A stretch of DNA of 64,000 nt, taken from contig OY970178.1 of the NCBI GenBank assembly GCA_963707915.1, positions 640,001-704,000 of the forward strand. The letters are read 5' to 3'. Shown piece by piece: positions 1 through 11,110 of this stretch. Every line of letters begins with the position of its first letter. Within the stretch, counting starts at the first letter, position 1. The notes below the pieces were generated by a model. It had not been told where the DNA came from, did no database searches, and saw nothing but the letters and a program-made list of their open reading frames with translations. Source of the stretch: Candidatus Eiseniibacteriota bacterium. GTDB taxonomy: Bacteria; Eisenbacteria; RBG-16-71-46. The position numbers were made by a program, and so were the translations under genes.

Positions 1-1634
1 AGCGCGGTCTCGCGCCGACGGCAGGCGCAGCGGCGGCAGATGACCGCGCCGCAGTTGCTGCAGCTGCGCAGCGGCACGGTGCGCTGCGAGCGCGCGGTCG
101 CGGCGAGGGCGATCAGCGCCAGCAGCAGCGCGGCGGCGCTGAACCCCCAGCCCGAGGCCTCGATCGCCGGCCGCCAGGCCGGAGGCAACGCCCCGCGGCC
201 GGCCGCCCGGCCGCGCTCCGCCGAGAGGGCGGTCCAGAATGAGTGCGGGGCGATCCACTGGTCCACCAGCGGAAGGGCCCCGTCGTCGCCCGCGAGGGAC
301 TGGTAGTTCTTCACCAGCTCGAAGTTGAGCGCCGCGGCGCGCGAGAGCGCCTCGGTGGCGGCGTGGAAGTCGAAGCGCTGGGTGTAGATCTGCGAGGCGT
401 TGAAGGCGGCCGCGGGGTTTGCGGGGTTCAGCGTGCCCGCGCGCCGGTACGCCTCGAGGGCCTCGTCGGCGCGGCCCTGCATGGCGAGGACGTTCCCGAG
501 GTTGTTCAGGGCGCGGTCGTCGTCGGGCCACAGCTCCAGGGTGCGGCGGTAGCCCGCCTCCGCGGCCGGCAGGTCGCCGTTGTGGCGTGCGGCCCACGCC
601 GAGGCGAACTGGAGGAACGGGTTGTCGGGGTCGCTGCGGCGCAACGTCGCGAACTCCTCGCGGCGCTCGGTCGAAGGCGGCTCGGTGGGTGCCAGCGCGA
701 CCGCGTGGAAGGGCGCCTGCCCCTCGCGCAGGGGGAGACCGAGGTGATCGAGCGTCGCGACCGCCCAGGGCGCGGCCAGCAGGACGCCGAGCAGGCCGAC
801 GAAGACCGCCCGCTCCGCGGCCTTGAGGGAGGGCCACAGCAGCGCGAGGAAGACCACGGTGGGAAGCGCGAGGCCGAAACCGGCGGCGAACGGCACGAGC
901 AGGAAGGCCCAGGCCCAGCCGCGGGCGGACCCGGGCGTGGCGTAGCGGGCGAGGCGCTCGGAGAACGCATGCCGCAACTCGCGGTTGTGCAGCCCCAGCA
1001 CGATGAGCCCCGCGGCGAGCAGTGCGAGGAAGAGCGACTGGAACGCCAGGGTGAGCGTGTTGCCGAGCAGGGCCAGCTGCAGGAGGAAGTTCTGGCGGCC
1101 GAGGTCGATCACGCTGGCGTACTGCAGGAGCGCCTGGCTCGGCTCGCGCAGGAGGAGCCAGGACGCCAGCGTCAGGTGGGGCGCGACGAAGGCCGGGTCC
1201 AGCTCCGCGGAGCCGCGCACCAGGCGGATCGCGTCGTCGAGGTCCCCGGTCCGTGCCAGCAGGAGGCCACGGCGGTAGAAGATCCGCGCCTCCAGCGGCA
1301 GGCCGGCGAGCCGGTTGCGTGCCCGGTACTCGATCCACGCGGGAAGGTCGTCGAGGTCGCGGGGCGGCGCCACGGCCGTCGCGGACGCCTGGACGCGCCC
1401 GGCCTGGGTGGTGGCAAGCGCGGAGCCGCCCACCGGCACCGTCCCGTACGAGGGGCCGGGCCCGCGGTAGGGAACGGCGGACTGGGCGCGGACGCCGGGC
1501 GGCAGGACGGCCCCCGCGACGAGGAGGGCGAACGCGAGCGCCAGCCCGTGACGCAGGCGCACGGCGGGAGGTCGCTGCGACCACGGACCCAGGCGCCGAA
1601 CGGCGCGGGAACGTTGTCCGTCGGATACGTGCAT
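1..1634 (-). CDS. TPR-containing membrane protein with C-terminal Cys cluster (partial; runs off window start)
   Basis: Read manually (absent from ORF track because there is no stop in the window). ATG at 1634, signal-like [12 protein letters not shown], several hydrophobic segments, TPR-like [28 protein letters not shown], and [12 protein letters not shown] near position 50. Confidence 0.7.
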   Translation of the reverse strand, partial: MHVSDGQRSRAVRRLGPWSQRPPAVRLRHGLALAFALLVAGAVLPPGVRAQSAVPYRGPGPSYGTVPVGGSALATTQAGRVQASATAVAPPRDLDDLPAWIEYRARNRLAGLPLEARIFYRRGLLLARTGDLDDAIRLVRGSAELDPAFVAPHLTLASWLLLREPSQALLQYASVIDLGRQNFLLQLALLGNTLTLAFQSLFLALLAAGLIVLGLHNRELRHAFSERLARYATPGSARGWAWAFLLVPFAAGFGLALPTVVFLALLWPSLKAAERAVFVGLLGVLLAAPWAVATLDHLGLPLREGQAPFHAVALAPTEPPSTERREEFATLRRSDPDNPFLQFASAWAARHNGDLPAAEAGYRRTLELWPDDDRALNNLGNVLAMQGRADEALEAYRRAGTLNPANPAAAFNASQIYTQRFDFHAATEALSRAAALNFELVKNYQSLAGDDGALPLVDQWIAPHSFWTALSAERGRAAGRGALPPAWRPAIEASGWGFSAAALLLALIALAATARSQRTVPLRSCSNCGAVICRRCACRRRETA

Positions 1635-1648
1635 GGTGTCGCGGTCCC

Positions 1649-1677
1649 TTGACAGTGCTGGAGGGCGACCCTAACGT
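1649..1677 (+). promoter_or_regulatory. Putative sigma70 promoter for asnS
   Basis: TTGACA-17 nt-TAACGT. Confidence 0.5.
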
Positions 1678-1768
1678 GATTCGCTTCGACGGGGTTATCG
1701 GCGCCGGGAATGGCCCCCTTGAGGGGTTTGTGACCCGGCCGGGAGTCGTCGTCTCAGGGGAGGGAAGG

Positions 1769-3085
1769 ATGACCGGAGCGGAAGGCGCGGGCTCGCCCTG
1801 GGTGCGCATCTGCGAGGGCGGGGCCCACGTGGGCTCCGTGGTGGAGGTGCGTGGTTGGCTGACCCACCACCGCTCGAGCGGCAAGGTCCAGTTCCTGGTC
1901 CTGCGCGACGGCTCGGGGACCCTGCAGTGCGTGGCGGCGCGGAGCGACCTGCCGGCGGAGCAGTGGGATGCCCTGGGCGCGCTCACGCTGGAGTCCTCGC
2001 TGATCGTGCGCGGGAGCCTGCGGGCCGACGCCCGCGCCCCGGGCGGCGTCGAGATGGGCCTGCATTCCGTGAGCGTGCTGTCGGTGGCGGAGGCCTACCC
2101 GATCACGCCCAAGGAGCACGGCACCGACTTCCTGATGGACCACCGGCACCTGTGGCTGCGCTCGTCGCGGCAGCACGCCATCCTGCGGATCCGGGCGGAG
2201 CTCATCGGCGCACTGCGGGACTTCATGGACGGCGAGGGCTTCCTGCTGGTGGATTCGCCCATCTTCACCCCGAGCGCGTGCGAGGGCACGAGCACGCTGT
2301 TCGAGACGGAGTACTTCGACGAGAAGGCCTACCTGTCGCAGAGCGGGCAACTCTACCAGGAAGCCGCGGCGCTGGCGTTCGGGCGCACCTACTGCTTCGG
2401 CCCGACGTTCCGGGCCGAGAAGAGCAAGACCCGCCGGCACCTGATCGAGTTCTGGATGATGGAGCCGGAGTGGGCCTTCGCGACGCTCGAGGACGTGATC
2501 GCGCTCGAGGAGCGGATGCTGGTGTCGGTGGTGGGGCGCGTCCTCGAACGCCGCGCCGAGGAGTTGAAGGTCGTCGAGCGGGACACGCGCGCACTGGAGC
2601 GGGTGCAGGCCCCCTTCGCCCGCATGCACTACAGCGAGGCGGTCGATCGCCTGCACGCGGCGGGCAGTCCGTTCGAGTGGGGCGGCGACTTCGGCGCGCC
2701 GGACGAGACGGCGCTCTCGGAGCAGTTCGCCACCCCGCTGTTCGTGACGAACTACCCCGCCGCGGTCAAGGCGTTCTACATGGAGCCGGACCCGGCGGAC
2801 GCGAGGCTGAGCCTATCGTGCGACTGCCTGGCCCCGGAAGGCTACGGCGAGATCATCGGCGGCGGGCAGCGCATGGCCTCGCTCGAGCTGCTCACGCGCC
2901 GGATCGAGGAACAGGGGCTGCCGCAGGAGGCCTTCGAGTGGTACAAGGACCTGCGCCGCTACGGCAGCGTGCCCCACGCCGGGTTCGGGATCGGCGTCGA
3001 GCGCACGCTGGCCTGGATCGCCGGCCTCGACCACGTGCGCGAGACCATCCCCTTCCCGCGGATGCTCAACCGGCTGAAGCCGTAG
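1769..3085 (+). CDS. asnS: Asparagine--tRNA ligase
   Basis: OB-fold [26 protein letters not shown], motif 2 [17 protein letters not shown], motif 3 [15 protein letters not shown]. Start set at ATG 1769 after GGGAAGG. Confidence 0.93.
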   Translation: MTGAEGAGSPWVRICEGGAHVGSVVEVRGWLTHHRSSGKVQFLVLRDGSGTLQCVAARSDLPAEQWDALGALTLESSLIVRGSLRADARAPGGVEMGLHSVSVLSVAEAYPITPKEHGTDFLMDHRHLWLRSSRQHAILRIRAELIGALRDFMDGEGFLLVDSPIFTPSACEGTSTLFETEYFDEKAYLSQSGQLYQEAAALAFGRTYCFGPTFRAEKSKTRRHLIEFWMMEPEWAFATLEDVIALEERMLVSVVGRVLERRAEELKVVERDTRALERVQAPFARMHYSEAVDRLHAAGSPFEWGGDFGAPDETALSEQFATPLFVTNYPAAVKAFYMEPDPADARLSLSCDCLAPEGYGEIIGGGQRMASLELLTRRIEEQGLPQEAFEWYKDLRRYGSVPHAGFGIGVERTLAWIAGLDHVRETIPFPRMLNRLKP

Positions 3086-3092
3086 CCGGCGG

Positions 3093-4666
3093 TCAGCGCA
3101 CGCGGCGCAGGATCACCAGGGCGTTCTCGCCCGCCGCCTGCTCGTCGACGACCGCGGCCTGCGCGTAGCGGGCGAAGCACGAATCGCGCTCGGCCCGCGA
3201 GCGGAAGGGCATCCCCGCCCCGGCGAAGGCCGTGGACCCGGTCATCGCGGTCCGGCGGACGACCAGCCAGTCGGGCTGCTCGGCCGCGGCGACGTCCGCG
3301 TACCAGCCCGGCCCCTGCAGGCGGCGCCTGGCCACGGCGGGGGAGACGAGCCCCACCTCGTCCACGATCACCACCGGGTTGCGCCAGCCCACCAGCCCGA
3401 TCGGCTCGAGCATGACCTTCTCGCCGGGGCGCACGTGGCCGTGCAGCCAGTCCGCCACCGCGGCGAACCCGAAGTACTCGTTCTGGGCGCGGCCGACGTA
3501 GAGGTTGCGGGCGTCCACCCACATGGTCGCGACCAGCAGCGCCGCGCTGGCGAGGAGCAGGCCGCCGCGAGCCAGGCGCGGCAGGCCGACTGCGGCCAGC
3601 GCGGCCACCCCGGCGAGCGGCAGCACCAGGTACCAGTAGAAGTACGCCACCCCGAGCAGCGCGTACCCCAGCCACACGGCAAGGCAGGCGCCCACGGCGA
3701 GCACGAGGGCCCCGGAGCGCCGGCGCCACAGCGCGATGGCTCCGGCCACGGCCGCCGGGCCGAGCAGGACGGAGAGAGCGGAGAGGTGTCGGGCCTCGCC
3801 GATGGCGAGCATGCCCGGCAGGCGGAGCGGCGTGGCCAGCCCCACCAGAAGCGTCCGAACCACGGGCCGGGGGTGCCGTAGAGGCTCGACTTGGCGAGCA
3901 CGCTCTGCGGCACCGGCGAGCCGAAGGTGGCGGTGAGCGCGGCGATGCCGGGAGCGAACACGCCGAGGCCCACGGCGCGGTCGCGCGGCCGGGCACCGAG
4001 CGCGACGACCGCGGCGCAGGCCGCGCCTTCGGGGCGCCACAGGGCCAGGAGGCCGAGGAGCGGTCCGGCGGCGGCGCTTCCGCTGCGGGCGGTCGCCGCC
4101 GCGGAGGCGACGAGCGCGAGCATGGCGCTGTTCTCCATCCCCGACATCGCCACCACCGAGAAGTACGGCCAGGCGGCGAAGAAGAAGGTGAAGCACCAGG
4201 CTGCCGCGCGGGCCCGGCCTCCGGGGCCGTCGGCCTCGCGCTGGATCATGTGGCCGACCAGGAGCAGGGTCAGCGCGTCGGCCAGCAGCGTGGTGGCCCG
4301 GGTCCACGACACCGGGTCCTGGGCCAGCGCGCAGCCGAGCGCCGTCCACAGGGTCCACGGCGGGGAGGAGAAACCGAACACCGGGGTGCCGGGGTTGTAG
4401 ACCAGCCCGTGTCCGCCCGCCAGGTGGCGGGCGTAGCGGAAGGTGATGTAGGCGTCCTCTGCAGCCATCGGCAGGGCGAGCCAGGCGATGACCCGCGCCA
4501 CGACGAGCAGCGCGACCGGAACCAGGAAGGGGCCGCCCGGATCCAGGAAGTCGCGGAGACCGGGCAGGACACCGGGTCCTCCGAGCCTCCCTGGCGCCCG
4601 CGCGCCGTCCGGGTGGGAGTGCCTCGCCGCCGGGGTCGCCTGGTGCGCCGGGTGTCTCTTGGACAT
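3093..4666 (-). CDS. GT-C-like polytopic membrane protein (putative glycosyltransferase); frameshift near 3840
   Basis: EDAYITFRYARHLAGGHGLVYNPG, SGMEN and RPEG motifs in ORF 3368-4810 continue into YFYWYLVLP..DEVGLVSP in ORF 3093-4928. Confidence 0.7.
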
Positions 4667-4912
4667 GAGGGCCTCGGCTGGTGTGGGGCAGCCCGGTAGG
4701 GAAACGGGATCGCCCCGGGATCGGCTCGGCCTGCCATCGCCGCCGCGGTCCGGCCCGGTCCGGGCCAGAGGCGAGCGGGGCCGGGGTAGAAGCCGCCGCC
4801 TCCGCGCCATGGGCCGGGGCCGCGAACGGCCAGGGCTCCACCGCGGGGGGGAAGTCTATCGAATCGGCGAATCCGGCGGCAAGGGCGAAGGATCCGAGGG
4901 AGACCCGCGGCC

Positions 4913-5032
4913 TTGACACTCCCTTCACGCACTCCTAATGTGCCCGACTCGTGCTTCATGTGCTGCCGACAGGCGGGAAGCGGATGGCTCTACAGGCTTT
5001 GATTGACAAGGCGCGACCGCGTTTCCTAGACT
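4913..5032 (+). promoter_or_regulatory. Tandem putative sigma70 promoters
   Basis: TTGACA-17-TAATGT (4913-4941) and TTGACA-18-TAGACT (5003-5032) in an AT-richer divergent intergenic region. Confidence 0.5.
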
Positions 5033-5976
5033 CTGAGGGCTTCGGCGTCCGGGATTGCCATGGCCCGAGAGGGTCGCGGTGGGTGTTCGCATTCCTGCTG
5101 GTGGCGGTGGTTGCGGCGGGTTGCGCGTCCCAGCGACGCCCTGGCGTCGTGGAAGATTCCCTGACGAGCGGGCGTATGACGATCGTGTGTGCTCCGGAAG
5201 CCCGCGATCTCATCGTCCGCGAACGGGATGCCTTCCAGGCGCTCTATCCCCAGGCGGACATCGAGGTTCGGGTCGGAACCTCCAGGGACGCGGTGAGCGA
5301 TCTGTTCGCCGCGCGCTGCGGAGCCGGGGTGATCACCCGGGAGCTGGTTCCTGAAGAGCGGTCGGCGGCGGTGAAGGGTGGACTGGAGATGGAGGGGTAC
5401 CGGATAGCCCGGGACGCGCTGGTGGCGATCGCGCACCCGTCGAATCCGGTGCAGAACATCTCGTTGCCGAAGTTGCGGGCGATCTACGCCGGAGAGGTGA
5501 GGGATTGGTCGCAACTGGCGGGCGAGCGCCGGGGGATACGACCGGTGACGCAGCCCATGGAGTCGGACGTGACGGCGTTCTTCATCGAGAAGGTCATGCA
5601 GGGGGCCCCGATCGCAGCCCGGGTGCTCACGGAGGTCTCCGACTCCGCCGTGGTGGAGCGCGTCCGGAAGGACCCGCAGGCGATCGGCTACGTGACGCTG
5701 GCCTGGGCGGACCGCGGGGCGCGGGCCCTCAACGTCTCCGCCCTGAGCGGGTTGCCGTACACGCAGCCGGATCCCGAGACCGTGTACGGGGGGAAGTATC
5801 CGGTCTGTCGGCAGTTCAACTACTACGTGAGGCAGGGTGGCCCGATGGTCGCGAACGGATTCGTCACCTTCCTCACCAGCACGGGCGGTCAGAAGATCGT
5901 CCACGAAGCCGGCTTCGTGCCGACCTCGGTACCGGTGCGCTTCGTGCGCCGCTCCCCGATGTTCAAGAGCCATTGA
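4984..5976 (+). CDS. PstS-like (PBP2) substrate-binding lipoprotein; start uncertain (possibly ATG 5060 with an indel, or GTG 5083)
   Basis: Lipobox VAAGC; IARDALVAIAHPSNPV, AIYAGEVRDWSQL, AIGYV, GKYP, FVTFLTSTGGQKIV. Confidence 0.8.
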   Translation: MALQALIDKARPRFLDSEGFGVRDCHGPRGSRWVFAFLLVAVVAAGCASQRRPGVVEDSLTSGRMTIVCAPEARDLIVRERDAFQALYPQADIEVRVGTSRDAVSDLFAARCGAGVITRELVPEERSAAVKGGLEMEGYRIARDALVAIAHPSNPVQNISLPKLRAIYAGEVRDWSQLAGERRGIRPVTQPMESDVTAFFIEKVMQGAPIAARVLTEVSDSAVVERVRKDPQAIGYVTLAWADRGARALNVSALSGLPYTQPDPETVYGGKYPVCRQFNYYVRQGGPMVANGFVTFLTSTGGQKIVHEAGFVPTSVPVRFVRRSPMFKSH

Positions 5977-5998
5977 CAGGAGAACGGAGCCGAATCCC

Positions 5999-7852
5999 AT
6001 GAGAACCCCGAGCGCTGTTGGAAGGACCCTGTGGCTGCTGGCCGTGCTGGCCGGATGGATGCTCACCCTCCAGCCCGCCGCGCTGCGTGCCGACGAGCTC
6101 AGGGACGGTCGTGCCGCGCTGCAGGCCGGGCAACTGGAGGACGCGCTGCGCTTCTACGAGCAGGCGGCCGCTCAGGGCAGCGCCGAGGGCCGCGCGGGCG
6201 TGGGCCTGGTGTGGCTCAAGCGGCACAATCTCGCCAACGCGCGGGAGGCGTTCGAGCTCGCCGAGAAGATGGACAACCAGCTGGCCGTGGCCCACTACGG
6301 CCAGGCCGAGGTGCTGCGGCAGCTCGAGAAATGCGACGAAGCCGTGCCCCGGTACCAGCGGGCGGTGGAGCTGGACCGGCGCTTCCCGGAGGCGCAGCTC
6401 GGCCTGAGCGACTGCCTGTCCCAGCTCGGGCGCTACGCCGAGGCCGTCGCCGCGGCGAACCGGGGGCTCAACTGGGGCATGAAGTGGCGGCCGCAGTTCC
6501 TGATCGCGCTGGGGAACATCGCGCTGGCGCGCGACTCGCTGCGCGACGCCGGCATCTGGTACACGACCGCCGCGCAGGAGTCGCCGGACGACCCGGCCAC
6601 CCACCGCGCGCTGGGCGATTTCTACGTCAAGCGCGGCACGTTCGACCTGGCCTACCCCGAGTACCAGTCGGCGGTGGCGCGCGACTCGGGCAACGTCGAG
6701 CTGCACTTCGCGCTGGGCCGGGCGCTCTACTACGGCCAGCGCTACGTGTCCGCGCTCGAGGAGTTCCAGTGGGTCGTCGCCCGCGACCCGGAGTTCCCGG
6801 CGGCGCAGCTGGCCCTGGGCGACCTGCTCTATCGGTCGGGCAAGGCGGACCCGAGGCGCTACGCCGAGGCCCGCGCGCCGCTCGAGAAGTACGTCCAGCT
6901 GAGGCCCGACGACCCGAAGGGATGGAGCGTGCTGGGGCGGGTGTACTACTACGTCGAGCTGGCCGAGAAGGACTCCACGCTCAAGAACCGGGCGCTCGAG
7001 GCCCTCGACAAGGCGGAACAGCTCGGCGACAAGACCAAGGAGATGTACGCGATCCGCGCGCGGCTCCACATCGACCGGCGCGAATACGATCGGGCCGCCG
7101 CCGACTACGACCTGGCCGGGAACGACCTGCCGCCGGAGGACGTCTACCGGCAGGCCCGGATGCTGACGATCCAGAAGAACTTCACGCGCGCCGAGTCGCT
7201 CTACTCGGTCATCGTCGACCGTGATTCGACGTCGCGGCTCGCGTTGATGGTCCTGAACGAGATCGGGAAGATGCGCTTCGGGCAGGCGGCGGACGCCGCG
7301 AAGGCGGACAAGGCCTCGGCGGTGCCCATCTACGAGCAGACCATCGACATCTTCCGGCGCCGCGTCGCGCTTGACCCGGGCAGCGACGAGGCCTACTACT
7401 ACATCGGACTGTGTTACCGGGAGTTGGGACAGTACCCGGAGGCGATCGCGGCGATGCGCCAGTCGGCGAACCTCGCCGACGGCAAGGCCGACCGGCACTT
7501 CTGGCTCGGGCTGCTCTACGTGCAGGCGGATTCCGTCGAGCAGGCGCAGCAGGAATTCCAGCGCGTCGTCGATCTCGACGCCGGCAATTCCAACAACAAG
7601 GCCATCGCGCTGCGGCAGTTGGGTTACTATCGGCTGCTCCGGAAGGAGTACGGTGGTGCGATCGAGTTCCTGGAGCAATCGGCCGGCATCAATCCCAGGG
7701 ATGCCGGAACGCTCCTGTGGCTCGCACAGGGCTACCAGAACTCGGGCAATCGCGCGCGGGCCGCGGAGTACTATCGGCGGGTGCTGGCGCTGGACCCGGG
7801 CAATGCGGACGCACGGAACGGCCTGAAGATCCTTGAGGGCGGAGCCAGGTAG
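5999..7852 (+). CDS. Exported tetratricopeptide repeat protein
   Basis: Signal peptide followed by many TPR units (e.g. EAYYYIGLCYRELGQYPEAIAA). Confidence 0.88.
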   Translation: MRTPSAVGRTLWLLAVLAGWMLTLQPAALRADELRDGRAALQAGQLEDALRFYEQAAAQGSAEGRAGVGLVWLKRHNLANAREAFELAEKMDNQLAVAHYGQAEVLRQLEKCDEAVPRYQRAVELDRRFPEAQLGLSDCLSQLGRYAEAVAAANRGLNWGMKWRPQFLIALGNIALARDSLRDAGIWYTTAAQESPDDPATHRALGDFYVKRGTFDLAYPEYQSAVARDSGNVELHFALGRALYYGQRYVSALEEFQWVVARDPEFPAAQLALGDLLYRSGKADPRRYAEARAPLEKYVQLRPDDPKGWSVLGRVYYYVELAEKDSTLKNRALEALDKAEQLGDKTKEMYAIRARLHIDRREYDRAAADYDLAGNDLPPEDVYRQARMLTIQKNFTRAESLYSVIVDRDSTSRLALMVLNEIGKMRFGQAADAAKADKASAVPIYEQTIDIFRRRVALDPGSDEAYYYIGLCYRELGQYPEAIAAMRQSANLADGKADRHFWLGLLYVQADSVEQAQQEFQRVVDLDAGNSNNKAIALRQLGYYRLLRKEYGGAIEFLEQSAGINPRDAGTLLWLAQGYQNSGNRARAAEYYRRVLALDPGNADARNGLKILEGGAR

Positions 7853-7863
7853 GGAGGAGTCCC

Positions 7864-8205
7864 ATGAAGCAACGCCAGGTGGGCAGCATCTTCATCGTGA
7901 CGCCGAAGGGGTACCTGACCGGTGGCAAGGAGACGGACGAGCTGGAGCAGGCCATCAAGCAGCTCAGCGAAGCCGACGCCAAGCACCTCGTCATCAATCT
8001 CGCCGAGGCGCAGCACCTCAATTCGACCGCCCTCGGCGTGCTCATCTCGGCGCATTCCAACTTCGTCCGGCGCGGTGGCCAGATGAAGCTCTGCTCCGTC
8101 GACAAGCGTATCGAGAACATCTTCGTGATCACCAAGCTGTCCCTCGTGTTCGACGTCTATGCGACCGAGGAGCTGGCGATCGCCAGTTTCGCCGAGAAGA
8201 GCTGA
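7864..8205 (+). CDS. STAS-domain anti-sigma factor antagonist
   Basis: LVINLAEAQHLNSTALGVLISAH..ITKL motif; SD GGAGG. Confidence 0.88.
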   Translation: MKQRQVGSIFIVTPKGYLTGGKETDELEQAIKQLSEADAKHLVINLAEAQHLNSTALGVLISAHSNFVRRGGQMKLCSVDKRIENIFVITKLSLVFDVYATEELAIASFAEKS

Positions 8206-8550
8206 CCGCCCCCCGGCGGGGCGTCCTGCCGGCGGGCAGCACAGGGGTCGCGGGGAGGGGCGGTACGAGCCCTGCGGCCCGGATGGGAAGATCGAAGGAT
8301 CAACTCGCCGTGACGAAGCCCGTCATGGTGTTCGCCCACCCGGCGGCCGGGGCGCGGTGCCCGCGGAGCAGGGTGGCGTGTCGGTCCCGCTGACCGGGCG
8401 GGTACGTGGATGATCACCAAGGGAAGCGGGGTACCTCGAAGGAGGCGCGCCGCCTCCGGTTCGACGGGAAAGGCCTGTTCGAACCCAAAGGACCAGCCTG
8501 CAGGGGCGTGATTGCGACCTCCGCGGGGGTTGGAGGAAGGAAGTCCAAGA

Positions 8551-9291
8551 ATGAGCCGTATCATCGTCCCTCTCGGATTCATCCTGGCCCTGGCAGTTTC
8601 GATCGTCGCGTGGTGGTTCCTGCCCGCGCTCGGCCCCATCGGTGAGCAGATGAAGGCAGGCGGTCCGCTGGTCGCGATGCTGATCCTGCTGCTGATCCTC
8701 GAGACGGCGTTCATCATCGAGCGGACCTGGAGCCTCAAGAAGGCCCAGGGCAAGGGCAGCATGCCGGAGTTCCTGAACGAGGTCCGCAAGAAGCTGCACT
8801 CGGGCGACGTGGACGCCGCGATCAAGCTGTGCGGTGCGCAGCGTGGTTCGGCGGCCAACGTGATCCGTGCCGGCCTCGAGCGCTTCCAGGCGATCCGCGC
8901 CGAGGGCGCGCCGCGCGAGAAGGTCGTCGCCGACACGCAGGCGGCCATCCAGGAGGCCAACGGCCTCGAAGTGCCGCTCCTCGAGCGCAACCTGATCGCG
9001 CTGTCGACGATCGCCTCGGTCGCCACCATGGTGGGGCTGCTCGGGACCGTGCTCGGGATGATCCGTTCGTTCGCGGCGCTCGGTCACAGCGGGGCGGTCG
9101 ACGCGCAGAAGCTCGCCATCGGCATCTCCGAGGCCCTCATCAACACGGCGGGCGGCCTCTTCATCGCCATCGCGGGCATCGTGACGTACAACGTCTTCGT
9201 GACCCGGGTGGACAACTTCAACTACATGATGGACGAGGCCTCCTACGAGGCGGTCCAGCTGCTCGCTTCGAAGACGATCGAGCGGAAGTAA
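8551..9291 (+). CDS. exbB: MotA/TolQ/ExbB proton channel protein
   Basis: LSTIASVATMVGLLGTVLGMIRSF..GISEALINTAGGL. Confidence 0.9.
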   Translation: MSRIIVPLGFILALAVSIVAWWFLPALGPIGEQMKAGGPLVAMLILLLILETAFIIERTWSLKKAQGKGSMPEFLNEVRKKLHSGDVDAAIKLCGAQRGSAANVIRAGLERFQAIRAEGAPREKVVADTQAAIQEANGLEVPLLERNLIALSTIASVATMVGLLGTVLGMIRSFAALGHSGAVDAQKLAIGISEALINTAGGLFIAIAGIVTYNVFVTRVDNFNYMMDEASYEAVQLLASKTIERK

Positions 9292-9303
9292 GGGAGCGCG
9301 CGG

Positions 9304-9792
9304 ATGCTCAAGAAGAAACGCCGCATCGGCATCAGCATCGATATGACGCCGATGGTGGACGTCGCGTTCCTGCTGCTCATCTTCTTCATGACCACCACGC
9401 AGTTCAAGCCGCCGGACCAGGACAAGATCACCCTGCCGGAGTCGAACTCGGAGCTGAAGACGCCGGAGACCGGGATCATCACGGTCGTGGTCAGCGCACC
9501 CAAGCCGCCGGCGAACGTGTCGACCGTCAAGCTCGTCTACCAGAAGAGCGGCGAGAAGGTCGAACAGCTCGTGAACACCGACAACCTGGTCGAGGACCTC
9601 ACGAACTGGCTCAAGGACGCACGTCGCAGCCAGCCCACGGCGCGCATGGTCGTCAAGATGGACAAGGACGCGCAATTCGGCATCATGGCCGACATGATGG
9701 ACGCCCTGCAGGCCGCCAACGCTCCGCGCTTCAACGTCATGACGGAGCTCGGCATGAAGGGCGGCCTGATGGGCAAGAAGGAAGCCAAATGA
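9304..9792 (+). CDS. exbD: ExbD/TolR family protein
   Basis: DMTPMVDVAFLLLIFFM transmembrane motif. Confidence 0.9.
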   Translation: MLKKKRRIGISIDMTPMVDVAFLLLIFFMTTTQFKPPDQDKITLPESNSELKTPETGIITVVVSAPKPPANVSTVKLVYQKSGEKVEQLVNTDNLVEDLTNWLKDARRSQPTARMVVKMDKDAQFGIMADMMDALQAANAPRFNVMTELGMKGGLMGKKEAK

Positions 9793-9820
9793 CCGCCAAC
9801 CCCCGAGGAGGTGACGCTCC

Positions 9821-10306
9821 ATGGGCGCAGTAGACGCCCCCCAGCCACGAAGCGGTAAGAAGAAGGGCGGTAAGCGGGCCAAGCGGCGGGTCGGCATCCG
9901 TATCGACATGACGCCGATGGTGGACGTCGCCTTCCTGCTGCTCATCTTCTTCATGGTGACAACGGTCTTCCGCAAGCCGCAGGCGCTGGAGATCAACCTG
10001 CCGCCGGACAACAAGTCGACGGTGTCCGTCGCGCAGTCGAAGGTGCTCGAAGTCCGTGTCCTGACGGATCGCGCCTACTGGCGGAACTCGTCGGACCCGT
10101 GGGTCCGCGCGGCGGTGCTGGACCTGACCGGGGTCTTCGGGAAGTTCAGCAATGACGCAGCGAAGATCGTGCTCGTGAAGGTGGACCGCGAGGCGAAGTT
10201 CAACGACATGGTCAAGATCATCGACGAACTCGACCTCGCCAAGCTCACCCGCTTCTCCCTGCAGACGCTGAAGCCGGAAGAGAAGAAGGAGGTCGAGACT
10301 CTATGA
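9821..10306 (+). CDS. exbD: ExbD/TolR family protein (second copy)
   Basis: DMTPMVDVAFLLLIFFM transmembrane motif. Confidence 0.9.
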   Translation: MGAVDAPQPRSGKKKGGKRAKRRVGIRIDMTPMVDVAFLLLIFFMVTTVFRKPQALEINLPPDNKSTVSVAQSKVLEVRVLTDRAYWRNSSDPWVRAAVLDLTGVFGKFSNDAAKIVLVKVDREAKFNDMVKIIDELDLAKLTRFSLQTLKPEEKKEVETL

Positions 10307-11034
10307 CGACCCTCCACGATCAGATCTCGCTGTTCGAGTTCATGCCCTACGGGGCGCCCGAACTCAAGGAAGTCGCGAAGAAGTACATGGTCCGGGCGAT
10401 CGCGGTTTCGTCGGGGGCCTGGATCGCGGTGTTCCTGTTGAGCTTCGGCGGCAGCGTGCTGATGGCCAGCCGCCCGAAGGAGACGAGCGTGATCGTCGTG
10501 CCGTATCGCGAGGTCACCGCGCCTCCGCCGCTCTCGGACGACACGCCGCCGCCGCAGGTGGCGGTGGCCACCGCCGTCGCCGCGCCCGCCGCGGCGATCC
10601 CGGTGCCGGTGCCGGACGCAGAGGCCCCCATGGAGCAGACCATCAAGTCGCAGGAGGAGATCGCGGCGGCGACGCCGAGCATGACGGCCCAGGACGACAA
10701 GGGGGCGTCGATCATCGTCGCCCCGCAGTCGGAAGAGGAGCTGCCGAAGTACGGCGAGTACGTCTACGTCGAGGAGTTGCCGGAAGCGATCACGAAGGTC
10801 AATCCCGTGTACCCGGACATCGCCCGCGAGGCGAGCGTGGACGGTACGGTGATGGTCCAGGCGCTGGTCGGCCGGGACGGCAGGGTGAAGGACACGCGTG
10901 TCGTGAAGTCCATCCCGATGCTGGACGCCGCGGCGATCGCGGCGGTCAAGCAGTGGGTCTTCAAGCCGGCGCTCTCGAACAACAAGCCGGTCGCGGTGTG
11001 GGTCGCCGTGCCGTTGAAGTTCACGCTGCGCTAG
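10303..11034 (+). CDS. tonB: TonB family energy transducer
   Basis: YGAPELK N-terminus, single TM, Pro-rich linker, TonB_C domain YPDIAREASVDGTV..WVFKPA. Confidence 0.88.
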   Translation: MTTLHDQISLFEFMPYGAPELKEVAKKYMVRAIAVSSGAWIAVFLLSFGGSVLMASRPKETSVIVVPYREVTAPPPLSDDTPPPQVAVATAVAAPAAAIPVPVPDAEAPMEQTIKSQEEIAAATPSMTAQDDKGASIIVAPQSEEELPKYGEYVYVEELPEAITKVNPVYPDIAREASVDGTVMVQALVGRDGRVKDTRVVKSIPMLDAAAIAAVKQWVFKPALSNNKPVAVWVAVPLKFTLR

Positions 11035-11074
11035 GCGTCGCGGACCGGGGCTGCATCCGGCCCCGCTGGAACAG

Positions 11075-11110
11075 GACGGGGAGCCGAAGACGGCTCCCCG
11101 TCTTCGTTTC
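11075..11110 (+). terminator. Rho-independent terminator
   Basis: GACGGGGAGCCG-AAGA-CGGCTCCCCGTC followed by TTCGTTTC. Confidence 0.75.

Noticed and set aside
9337..9955. Near-identical stretch of about 54 bp in the two exbD genes
   Set aside because: It encodes the conserved DMTPMVDVAFLLLIFFM helix of paralogs and is not a repeat element.
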